A stretch of 64,000 nt of DNA. It comes from Callorhinchus milii. Taxonomy: Eukaryota. Position 1 is the first letter of the stretch. Each line of letters opens with the position of its first letter. Below are positions 24,360 through 35,642 of the stretch, one piece after another. A program made the position numbers and the translations under genes. The stretch covers positions 109,122,001 through 109,186,000 of the forward strand of contig NW_024704743.1 in assembly GCF_018977255.1 (NCBI RefSeq), in the 5' to 3' direction. Under the pieces are notes generated by a model, which was not told the origin of the DNA, ran no database searches, and worked only from the letters and a program-made list of their open reading frames with translations.

Positions 24360-24887
24360 ATAATAATCCTTAATGATAATCCTTGCATTTGATATAGCGC
24401 CTTATCAATCCGCCTCAACCCCTCCTTAGCCTCCTTCAAGACCCGCCTAAAGACCTTCCTCTTCGACCATGCCATCGGTCACCCCCCCTTCCCCTCCCCC
24501 ACTTCTCTCCCCTGACCCCAGCTCGGGTCTGAAATGCTGTACACTGTCCAGCGCCTTGGGACGTCCTCCCGACGTGAAAGGTGCTATACAAATGTAATTT
24601 TGTTGTTATCACATCTTCGAGATATCCCAAAGTGCTTCACAGAACACACTGTGAAGTGAATTGACTGTATATTTGTGGGCGAACGCGGCAGCCAATTGCG
24701 CACAGCAATGTCCCACAAACAGTCATGGATTGAAAATGACCAATTTATTATTGTTTTTGGAGGGATTATTATTATTAGGCGTGTGGAATAAGGAAACTTG
24801 CCCAAGGTTTCGCCCTGTGCCTGGAATTGTACTCAGGTCTCTCACTTGCAAAGCGAGTGCTCTAACCACAGAGCTACAGGACTCCAC
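24360..24887 (-). mobile_element. Family A SINE split by an L2 3' end
   Basis: Tail at 24360-24407 and body at 24606-24887 (ends gagctacaggactcca). Confidence 0.88.
24408..24605 (+). mobile_element. 5'-truncated L2 3' end with TSD TTATCA
   Basis: ttatca at 24402-24407 and 24606-24611; hairpin gcgccttgggacgtcctcccgacgtgaaaggtgc; (TTG)n tail. Confidence 0.9.
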
Positions 24888-24957
24888 AATCAACTAACAA
24901 CCTAGTTCCTACTTACTGCTAGGTAAACAGAGACTTGTGGAGTAAGGTAACTTGCTC

Positions 24958-25037
24958 AACATTTCGCCCTGCCGGGAACCGAACCCAGGTCTCTCGCTTG
25001 CGAGGCGGGTGTTCTAACCACTGAGCTACAGAACTCA
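24958..25037 (-). mobile_element. Family A SINE head only
   Basis: tttcgccctgccgggaaccgaacccaggtctctcgcttgcgaggcgggtgttctaaccactgagctac. Confidence 0.8.
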
Positions 25038-26339
25038 TCATATACTTGTCGCCACATTGTGATAAAACTCTATCAAATGCAAGGATTATTATTCTGTACT
25101 TCATTCGTTTAGTAATTTCATACCATCTATCCTCCAGGTTGATCGGTCAGTCACATCAAGGCTGGTAGTGGGACTTCTTGTGGGACTTTGTTGGCACAAA
25201 TTACTGTTTAATTTACATACAAAGGATAGTCACTGTACTTGACACTAGCTGCCCATAAGGAACTTTGTGTAAATAATGAAGCCGGGGTATGATGTGTTGC
25301 AATGTTTTCATTATTGATTGAGTGATGATACTTTCTCGAGTTTGAAAAGTAATTTATGTGAGAACACAAATTCTAAATAGAAAAGAAAGTATGTCATTCT
25401 TTTTGCTTCTGACACTGAAGCCAATGATAGTATAGTAGAGTGTTCTCTCTCCTCAAACTCATTAGACACAGTGCTGGATACTGATCTGAACAGTATTCAA
25501 GAAATTAATTCAAGCTCATGCTAATAGTACATAAGTATCTCAGAGCAATGCCTGAAGGCTCAATGTGACTAAAATGATCGATTCATCAACACTAGGAGTT
25601 AAAAATTCACAGTCTTATTACATTCAAAGTAGCTAGAGACAACACGTTTGCCTTCAACATCAATTAATTTCTGAGACATTTAAAACTGCAAACACTGTAT
25701 GAAACCTCCTTTTTATATTGGAATTATAAATCCTTTTAATCCTTCAAGACAGCACAAGCTAGGGAGAATTCCGTTATATTAATTACAATTACAAAGAGCG
25801 AAACCAAATAATTGAATTTTTCCAGGGTGCAGATTGAAGGGTCAGAACCACGATTTGGAGGAAGCTGGAGGGAGTAAGGGTTAAAGGTTATATTAGAAGT
25901 GCGAGTTAACTAATCTAATCTCCTCCATTCCTTTTCAAGTGAAAAAAAGTGCATTCAATAGCATCTCATCATTTCAAAACGCATCAAAGCACTTTACATT
26001 AAATTGTGTCTTTTATGGAGGCAAACGTGGCAGCTGTTTTACACACAACAAAATCCCATCAACAACTATGAGGTAATTGACAATTAATCTGTAAGATTGC
26101 TACCTAATAGTTTACTGGTATATTTGCTCCCTATGTTAAGCGCCCCTCATATCAGGCACATTTTGCTACTGTGTCAGCGGCACTCTAGAGCCAGCCATTA
26201 GCGGATACACAGAGTGATTTTATTTTTTATTGCCTTTTTTTTGTCCAACTGTCCAACACCTCGGGATGTCCTCTCAAAATAAAAGCGCTATGTAAGTGCA
26301 GGTTGTTGTTGTTGTTTTCTGATTTGAGAAGGTCTGGCA

Positions 26340-27047
26340 AGATAACAAGTTCTGGTGAGACAGCGATTTATGTGTACTACCACCAATCTAGTTTACTGCA
26401 TTTGCTGCTCACGATGTGGTTTCCTCTACATTGGGGAGACAAAATGCAGATTGGGTAACCGATTTGCCGAACACCTCCATTCTGTCCGCAAGCACAACCC
26501 TGAGTTTCCAGTTTCTTGCCACTTCAACTTTTCCCTCCCACTCTCACTCTGACCTCTCCATCCAAGGTCTCCTACACTGTTCTAATGAGCCACAGAACAA
26601 ACTTGAGGAACAGAACCTCATTTATCTACCAAGAAACTTACAGCCCTCTGGCCTCAATATTGATGTCAACAATTTCGGACCATACAGCTCACTTTCCTCC
26701 TCCCCTTTTCTGTGACTGTGACAACATCATCTGGGTACCAGACACACCTCTGGTCTGCCCCACCCCTTGTTTTGCATTAGTAACACCTCTTTTCCCTTGT
26801 TTTGTTGCAGGCCCCCTCTTTGTTTTGTATCTTTAACACCTCTTTAACCCATCATCCCCTGTCCTCTACCCCATTTTCTTCTTTGGCTTCCTTGCCGTGC
26901 CTCACCCCTCTCTGTTTGCCCTTAAAAGCCTCTCCCTCCCAACATGCCCCAGTTTTGACGAAGGGTCGTGGACTTGAAATGTTGACTCACGTTCCTTTCT
27001 CCATAGAGGCTGCCCGATCTCCTGAATGTTCCTAGCAATTTCTGTTT
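26340..27047 (+). mobile_element. Penelope-like retroelement 3' part (GIY-YIG endonuclease plus terminal repeat)
   Basis: NLVYCICCSRCGFLYIGETKCRLGNRFAEH...VSCHFN, then KLEEQNLIY...LQPSGLNID; frameshifted; ends gaagggtcgtggacttgaaatgttgactc...ctccatagaggctgcccgatctcctga. Confidence 0.85.
26955..26988 (+). ncRNA. Degenerate minimal hammerhead ribozyme of the Penelope element
   Basis: tTGACGA (CUGANGA core with C>U), stem II gggtc-gtg-gactt, GAAA, short near-palindromic tgttgac, then UC. Confidence 0.5.
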
Positions 27048-27049
27048 TC

Positions 27050-27300
27050 GCTTAAGATAACAAGATGGACTTGGATGAAGAAAGCCCTTCAGCTCATCCA
27101 ATCTCATCCCTCCAGAACACCCATCCTACCATCCCACCCCATCACAGCATCTCAAGCTGCTTTTTAAATGAGTTCAGTGTACTGACCTCTAGCACCTTGT
27201 CTGACAACATGTTCCAGTCAATGATTGCTTTTGGAGTAAATAAAAACTTCCTGGTATCTGTCCAGAAATTGCCCTTTACAGCTCCAAACCTATGTCCTGA
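27050..27300 (-). mobile_element. CR1 3' end, old
   Basis: RKFLFTPKAIIDWNMLSDKVLEVSTLNSFKKQL. Confidence 0.75.
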
Positions 27301-27319
27301 CCACTGCTTGTCACCACCT

Positions 27320-27485
27320 GCCACAGCAGCCTGACTCAGACCGTAATGTGGTATAGTCCACTGACACTCACAGTTGTCTCACCAATGAAGAGAATGGCCC
27401 TTGAGTAAATTCTTGAAGTGTGGCTTGTGCTGTGGACCCCTATGCTTGCGTGAGTCAGTGCCTTCTGGGGAAGAGGAGAGCAGCA
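27320..27485 (+). mobile_element. AmnSINE2-like 3' fragment
   Basis: tagtccactgacactcacag...gaatggccc...gagtcagtgccttctggggaagaggag. Confidence 0.4.
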
Positions 27486-27489
27486 GTTT

Positions 27490-27660
27490 AAATAACAACA
27501 ACAAAAACAACTTGGATTTATATAACGCCCTCCACGCCGGACTGCGTCTCAGAGCGCTTCACAGTAATGGATCCCGCGGCCGAGCCAGGGGGAGGGGGAG
27601 GAAGGTGACCAAAGGCGTGGTCGAAAAGAAAGGTCTTCAGCAGAGACCTGAAAATAGGAA
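27490..27660 (-). mobile_element. Short L2 3' end (second L2 subfamily)
   Basis: (AAC)n tail; FRSLLKTFLFDHAFG; very similar to 56037-56184. Confidence 0.85.
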
Positions 27661-28399
27661 ATAGATGTCTAAGTGTGTGTTTCAGTCCCAGGCTCTTGAG
27701 ACTAGAATAATATTCTTCTGCTTTGCAGCTCAGCAAAGCCATCTATTCTCTATACAACTGAAATGAAATGAACAATTATACAACTGTCAAAATATTTTGA
27801 ACATCTAATTGTCCACACCAGTTTTGGAAAATATTTAGTAACTCCTTTCAAGCGCAAGATTCTAGATATTTTCGTATTTTGTGAGATATTTTCATTTAGC
27901 AATGCAGCAGAAACAGCTGTCATACACTGTTAGGGAAGAGGCAAGGGAGTAGCAGAGAAGGGAAATAGCAGCTGCTTTCAGCACTTTGTAAACCTTGTGT
28001 CATCAGCACAAAGTAATATAAAGGCTACTGAGTAACTGATACCTGAGCTGGGGGAAGATAATTATGCAAAATAATACAAAGTTATATTGTGGGGTTTATT
28101 CTTTAAGATTTGCAATATGATTTGTAAATAGTAAATCCCAGACACGTACAAGTACAACCCCATGGGGTTGACGACACTCAGACTCCAATCTGAGTTCTGA
28201 CTGTGACACCTCCCTCAAAAGAAGCTTCAGGGTCAGCTGCGACACATCCAGGAATTGCTTTTACAAGTCCATTTATTCATCTCGTAATGTAGACACTGGT
28301 ATGATATTAGTGAGATTATAGTGGTGAGCACTGGCTCAAAACAGAAGCTAGAACAGAAATTACTTAGCCGTGTCAAGAGATTCTAGTGGCTATGTTTCA

Positions 28400-28610
28400 G
28401 ATGATTACAAAAGAGATTCGGGTGAAGAGGCTTTTCGGTCCACTAAAATTTGTTCATCAAAAACATTAACCCTTCCATCTTTCCTTTACACCATCAAGAT
28501 ATTTCTTAAAAGAGCCAAGAGTCCTGGTCTCAACCACCACTTCTTGGTTACCCGTTCCAGCTGTTGATTGCCGTCTGTGTAAAAAAAATGTCCTAAAATT
28601 GCCTTTCACA
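28400..28610 (-). mobile_element. CR1 3' fragment, old
   Basis: tttcttaaaagagccaagagtcctggtctcaaccacc...gttccagctgttgattgccgtctgtgtaaaa. Confidence 0.55.
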
Positions 28611-29909
28611 AATCCAGAAATCATTTACTGAAACCAAAAGTAACAATTCAATATCTTACTGGTGAATCTTGTTCCCTCTTGTTTTACCTCGTTGGAACAT
28701 GTGAAAAGATTGTTCCAGCTTTACTTTCCCAATTCAAACTGAGGAGAGTTCTACTTCAAAATCAGCAGGGTAATTTTACTCGAAAACATTCATATTGGTA
28801 TTACGCACAGAGCTGGTTCCAAAATGTAGACATATTATAAACGGTTTTGTTATATTACAATACAGATGGGTACTGTTCACCTGTAAATGGAAATTTCTGT
28901 CTCTGGATGTGGAATGAGCACCCTCTCTCTGGAGGGATGCACCCTGATTACCTACTTCTGGAGAGAGTTAGTTGCAGGCTAAAGCTTGGGAACTCCCAGT
29001 GTGTGTGTTGGAGTACTGCTAGAGTTTGACCAGCCTAAAACTACACAGCTTGCCTTTGAAAGCACTATCTGGAAAGCTTCCCACTGTAAGAATTCCTTAC
29101 ACCGCTGCTTGTACAGCGAAGACCAACCTACCCTATAGGGCTTTGGCTTGTATTTGACTGACACTTAAATCTCCCACCTGCACAATTAAGGTAGGATGTA
29201 ATAACGTGACAGATTACTGGTATAGGCCACAGATATATTGTACAAATTCAGGTTAACTGTTTATGACATTTGCAAACTAATTGCAGCATATTATTGGCAG
29301 ATGTACTGTAGATTGGCATTTGTAAAAAGAACTGCATTAACACGAAGTGGCCATTGGTGGTGCTGAAGAACATGGAGCAACATTCATTCCATTTCAGAGT
29401 GTTCGGGATATCAGACATTATCACATTACATGTGCAACATTAAAAGGGAATTGGCAAATATGAATAAAATAATTATTAGTAATGTTCTCAAGCAAAGATA
29501 TTTGCAGAAATGCTTCACCTACAAATATTCAGTCACTACACTTCACGGTAAAATCTGAGAAGCACCTGGGATGTCTCGATAACATGATAAGGCGCTATAT
29601 CAAATGGATGGATTATAGTAATCATAATTACAGTAATAATTATAATTATTATTATAGACCTTAACATAACTTCCCTAATGTGCTCACTGCAGAGTGACGA
29701 TATTTGTGTCCCTTTGTCTTTACTTGTACACTATTATGGAAAAAGAAAGTACATTAACAGCTGGAATTAGGTACCTGAGCTACTTGCAGAGGCTGGGAAT
29801 CGAGCAAAAAATATATTTTTTCATGTAAATGAATGAATTCTGCTTTTAGGTATTTGCAGAGATTTATTGATAGACCGGCATCGCTCGTATTTCTATGCTT
29901 CTTTTTGTT

Positions 29910-30265
29910 TTAATAATCCTTGCATTTAATACAGGGCCTTATCATGTTATCAGGAATTCTTAAAGAGCTTTATAGAATTTTACTGTGAGGTGTAATGACT
30001 ATGTATTTGTAGGCAAACACAGCAGGCAGGTTATGCCCTGCAATGTCCCATAAACATCCCTGAAGTGAAAGATCAATCTTATTTATTAATTGTTTGGCCA
30101 GCACACAGGCAGAAACTCCCTTCTCTTTTCAAACAGTGCAGTGGGATCTTTAAAGTCAACCTAAACAGGGAGATGAGACCTCAGTTTTAATGTGTCACCT
30201 GAAGAACAGCACCTCCAGCAGTATAGCACTCCCCCAGCACTGCATTGCAGTATCAACCTGGACTA
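29910..30265 (-). mobile_element. Family B SINE
   Basis: taataatccttgcattt tail; gtgggatctttaaagtc; cagcacctccagcagtatagcactcccc. Confidence 0.75.
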
Positions 30266-32149
30266 ATTCATCTTCATTGCTTATTTAAGACTCTGAAGAA
30301 TGTGTCAAGATTAAAGTAATTACACAATTACAAAATGAAAGAGCTGTCCCACAATTCTAATCGTGGTTTGTGACATTATTCTATAAAGCTTCTGTGTCTG
30401 TTCCTTAATGGATAATGTCATTAATCATTTCTGGCTTGTGAGCCCATTCAAACCATAGCTCTTTGCACTTTATACTAATCTGCTTGTTCTAATCTGCTCT
30501 GCATTTCTATTGGACTTAAATTTACTTTTATTGAATGTGTGCAGTATGTGCCATTTTTTTTAAAAGTCCCAATCTTAATAAATTTACCTTCTCTTTTACT
30601 GTGTTCAAGGACCGTTTCTGTGCAAAATGCAAAGTAGAAAATGAGGAACAACTTGTAATTAGTATTCAATGGCTGCTTAGATAAAATCAATACAGGCTAA
30701 ATCACATCCGTTGGTCTACTCTATTTATTATATTGCTCCAAAGTAGAAGCAGGAAACATTGGAATACAGAAACCACCTATTAATGTTTTAACACCACCAT
30801 GGATTCATTTTTTCAGGTACAATATTTAATTCCAACTTTAGATGTAACATTAACAAGCCATGATATTGCTGACCTTTTACATGAGGGAGGAGGGGTGTTA
30901 GAGCCATATTTCAAAGAACTCAAATGTTATTTGGGGTACATTAGTTTCCAGTAACTACTTACCAGTGCTCGTGTTTTGATGCTGTGTTTTGGATTTCCTG
31001 TGCAGTATCTGAAGTGCTGTTGCGATGGCTTTAACTTATCGCAATCCTGATTAAAATATATACATTTGGATTCAACCTCATTTATAGCTTGACCAAACGC
31101 ACCCCAAGCATATTGTGCTGCTGCTCCCAAATGAGTGTTGACAATTCTCGTTACCCATTGAAGTTAAGTTGCTATCAAAGCCAGCTCTCCAGATTCTCTA
31201 TAGAATCATACACAAACCTCAATGATACTGAAGGATTGCAGGCCTATGTGACACAATAGTCAGTTATTATTAAGAGCTGCACCTCCCGTTGCATCTTACA
31301 AAAAGGAATGTCCAAGTGAAACTAGACATGAAGTAAAGGTAATTTAGCCAGTTTGAAGAAGCAGACATTGAAAACTAAGGTGAAAAGGACAAGAGATTCA
31401 GATTCATTCAAGTTACTTGTGACCCATCTTGGCTAAAGGGCAAAGCAATAATAGAGAAGCACGTCTTGGACATGACAATTAGCCTGATATATTGCATGGG
31501 CTCGTATTTTCAACTTATACTAGCAAACCTTTCAATAAAAAAAATCCAATTCACATGTATAAGTTAATGGTGGGTTGGAAGTGGGTCATTGTAACCAGCC
31601 ACTATAAATCTACCCCTGTCACGGCACGATATAGTTACATTGGGTTCATCTGTCCTGCGCCTGCCAGGGTGAAGTTACTGATGAAATGTCTACCCAGGGA
31701 CTTTTCAGTTGTCCAATTTGGAAATATTAACAGGATAAATTAAAGACAATGGTATTTTCACAGGTAAAGTGAAAAACACAAGTGTGAAAATTAAAGAAAT
31801 TAAAAGTGAATGCAGAAAACCTTTCTTCAAACAATGGGCATTATGGGAATGGGCAAACACCAGAGTTTGCATTGATGGCCTCAACAACTGAAATTTTAAT
31901 TTGTAAGTAATTTCCATTGTTCACGTAAACACATTACCCTAAAACATTGATGTTTTTGCTAAAATCAACAGGTGTTTTAAGTACTCTCATAAAATTAGTT
32001 ATTTGTATCCAAATAGCTACAACCAAACTCTATCAATGGTAAGAGGTGAGAGAGCTACCAACTGAGCCAGGTTGACACACAAAGTAGTATAGATATACTG
32101 GCCCTCCACCCTAATGAATAAGTGCGTGCTATTTGAGATATTGGATTAA

Positions 32150-32292
32150 TAACTGCTGTGCGCAATTCGCTGCTGTGTTTCGCCAACAAATATACAGTCA
32201 ATTCACATTACAGTATATTCTGTGAAGAGCTTTGAGACGTCACAAAGACTTGAAAAGCGCTGTATCAAATGCAAGGATTATTATTATTATAA
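32150..32292 (+). mobile_element. Family A SINE 3' half
   Basis: ctgctgtgcgcaattcgctgctg...aaaagcgctgtatcaaatgcaaggattattatt. Confidence 0.85.
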
Positions 32293-34519
32293 TGGGAAAT
32301 TGACTCAAGCACATTAACATGAAGGTGAACAGAGAACTCAGATTTAATTAACCTACACAGAGAGTGGTGAACATGTTGAATAGACTACCCGTGGAGGCGG
32401 CAGAGGCAAAGTGTGCAGAGGCACATTCAAGAGGGAATTAGGTAGCTATTTTTTTGAAGAATTCCATGAATATGACATGATAGAGCAGTGTAGGATCCTG
32501 TATTTTTTGTAGATGCTTTGCTCTAGGGTCTACCAGATAGTCTTACACAGCCCTGCACATTACTCTGTTCCCATATAAGTCAATGTAATAATAGACACAT
32601 TACAATACAAAATTACATTTGTATAGCACCTTTCACATCGGGAGGACATCCCAAAGTGCTGTAACTAGTTAGACAGAGCGAGATAGGTAGAGCCAATGGA
32701 GGCCTCTTGTTTCCTTATCCGTTTAACTGGGGTGTAACATTGGCAAAACAGGAAAAAAACATTTTAGATACTTTTATATTGTCCACATGGCTTTTTTTTA
32801 ATAAAAAAATCCTTTTTCGATTCAAGAACTTCACATGTAACCATCCAATTTGATAAGTTATTCATTTTCTCAAGTCACAGTTGATCAATGTTTGCTAAAT
32901 AAAGCTGATTGATCAGTTGAACGATGACATCCTGAATGGAGCTGAAAGATAGGTAGTGACACCTCTGAGTAATTGATTCTTTCTTAAATGTCAGCCACCA
33001 ATAACAAACTCCTATAATAAAGCCATGGGTGGCAACCAAACAAGCATCTTAAAAACAAGGCATTAAGAAAGCAGCTTTGCTTCCTGTGGCTTGGATTGAT
33101 TTCTGACATTTGAACTTGATTTACATTTAATAACTCTCATTGCTATTTAAAGAGAACAACTTCACCAGATGTCAAAGTTGCTGGACATGGTGCGGTAGAA
33201 TCATTGCGTTCTGACAGCGTGAAAACGTTTCCATGGGTTTGATTACAATGATGAACTAGCTCCATTATGAAAGCTCCACATGCAACAACATCAATTCAGG
33301 AATCAAAACAATTAAAACAAGGTTCGACTAATTATCTTCGCTACAGGTAATAAGCTGGTTGCCTTCAATCTTCATTATAGCAACAGAGATACCGGTGACC
33401 TATCTGGGCACTTGAGACTGCTTTTGTATACAAGGATAATTCCTCTGCATGGCATTGTTGACACTGGATGCCATTTCTCATCCACTGACCTGCCTTGTGA
33501 AAGGTACGATCAACCATCAGAGGGTAAGGAGATGAGGAGAGAGAACTACTGTAACTGGCACTTTGTGCACTTACAACAACAATGTGCATTTATATAGCGC
33601 CCTTCAGGTGGGATGCCATCTCCAAGCACTGAATAACTCTCGTTGCTATTTAGCGAGAACACCTTCACCAGATGTCAAAGTTACTGAAGTTATTTACAGT
33701 ATCTATTCTGCACTGTCACTTCTTGGCTACAGGGCGTTTTGGCAATATCACAGGATAATTTAATGATTCTCCTCCCTGGAGGGTAATACTACTAACCTAT
33801 GTTTACTGCTCGCAATGATTTGATTTAATTTAAATTGCTTAGAGAGCAACCCTAGAACTTCCCATTTTTTTTCTCTTAGCTCACCAACTGTTTTGTAATT
33901 ATGGTGAAATCTAACATTCCATGCAAATTACACTTTTGCTTTTGCGAGTCATGTGGAATACTTTTTAATAGTAATTTCTTATTAACCAAATAATAGAGAT
34001 CAGTGTTTGAGATGAAGCTGATAATCGAGTTCATATCACTCAGGTAAATGGATTATCTGAATATCTGCTATAACATACTGTACCATCATTAATGTGCAGT
34101 CTTTGAACTTAACGGTTGAATAGGTGTGCTTAAAAAAAAATTGGATACCCGCATGCCATCAATTTGAATTTTTAAAAATAAAAATGGTTTAAAATCATTG
34201 ATGCACTGTCTGTATTCTTGTATGTCAATGACAATTCTGAGTGTACCTTCCCATCATAAAGAACTTTCCTCATCATTTGTCTAAAAACAGTTCAAAGTTT
34301 AATAAATATTTGATGACATACCCCAATGGCACAGCTTTTAAGAATCCAGAATGAAGAGTTCCACTTATATATATTTTATCAGCTGCATTTTTACTTGTCT
34401 GAAACCCGTTTTGTACTTTGAGCAAATGTGCACTACTACACCAGAGACACATTGAGCTGAACACAATGTCAGATTTGTGCTGTTATCTGTTGGATTTAAA
34501 GCAGGCAGTGACCAATCTG

Positions 34520-34945
34520 ATAATAATAATTGTTGCATTTTCAACTTTGCACACAGCAATTTGCCACAAACAACCATGAATAATAAATTTTGGATCTGGA
34601 GGATTGTTGTGCAGGACATCAGAAAACAAGACCCCTTTCTCTTTCAACCAATGTCACCTTTTCAAGATGGAGGTAGATAGATATTTGTCAGGTCAGGGTA
34701 TTAAGGGATATGGGACAAGGTGGGTAAATGGACTTGAGGTACAGATTAGCCATGATCTTTTAAAATAGCGGAACAGGTTCGAAGGGGCAGAAGAGCCTAC
34801 TCCTATTTCTATCATTTATGTTTTAAAACTCATCTGAAGAGGCAGACTCATTGAAAGATGACACCTCAGACAATATAGTACTTCCTTAGCACTGCATTGG
34901 AGTGCCAACCTGGACTATGAGCTCAACTTCTTAGCATGGGGCCTG
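34520..34945 (-). mobile_element. Family B SINE interrupted by a + strand CR1 3' end (about 34660-34825)
   Basis: SINE blocks flank ttcaagatggaggtagatagat...gaaggggcagaagagcctactcct. Confidence 0.65.
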
Positions 34946-35171
34946 TCTCTCCACTTCCCTCTCTGTCTTCTCATGTGTTCCTTTGTCTGGCTACTAACTG
35001 CAGAACGACAGTAGCCAACGTGTTTTGAATGTCATTGCAATAACTGGTAACAAAGGTTTAAACTTATTGTATTATGAGATCGAGAGAGACACACACAGAA
35101 AGTTCCATATTAAGACAGAGAGAAGAGATAGTGAGAAATTAAATGCATAATTTAGAAGAAAATCAAATATG

Positions 35172-35504
35172 ATAATAATAATAATAATAATAATAATCCT
35201 TGCATTTGATATAGCGCTTTTCACATCACGAGGACATCCCAAAGCGCTTCACAGAACACACTGTAAAGTGAATTGACTGTATATTTGTGGGCGAACGCGG
35301 CAGCCAATTGCGCACAGCAGTGTCCCACAAACAGTCGTAGATTGAAAATGACCAATTTAATTATTGTTTTTGGTTTTTTGGAGGGATTATTATTAGGCGT
35401 GTGGAGTAAGGAAACTTGCCCAAGGTTTCGCCCTCTGCCTGGAATTGAACTCAGGTCTCTCACTTGCAAAGCGAGTGCTCTAAACACTGAGCTACAGGAC
35501 TCCA
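35172..35504 (-). mobile_element. Full-length family A SINE
   Basis: (AAT)n tail through to gagctacaggactcca. Confidence 0.92.
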
Positions 35505-35642
35505 TGATGTCAAGTAGGAGCAAGCAGTTCCTTCAACAAGTAAATACAATACAATAAGTCTAAACCTAAATAGGTTAGAGACCGTATCAAGCTAAAAGAA
35601 AAGCCTTATTCAAATGCAAGAAAGAAGTGGGAATGCAAAGGA

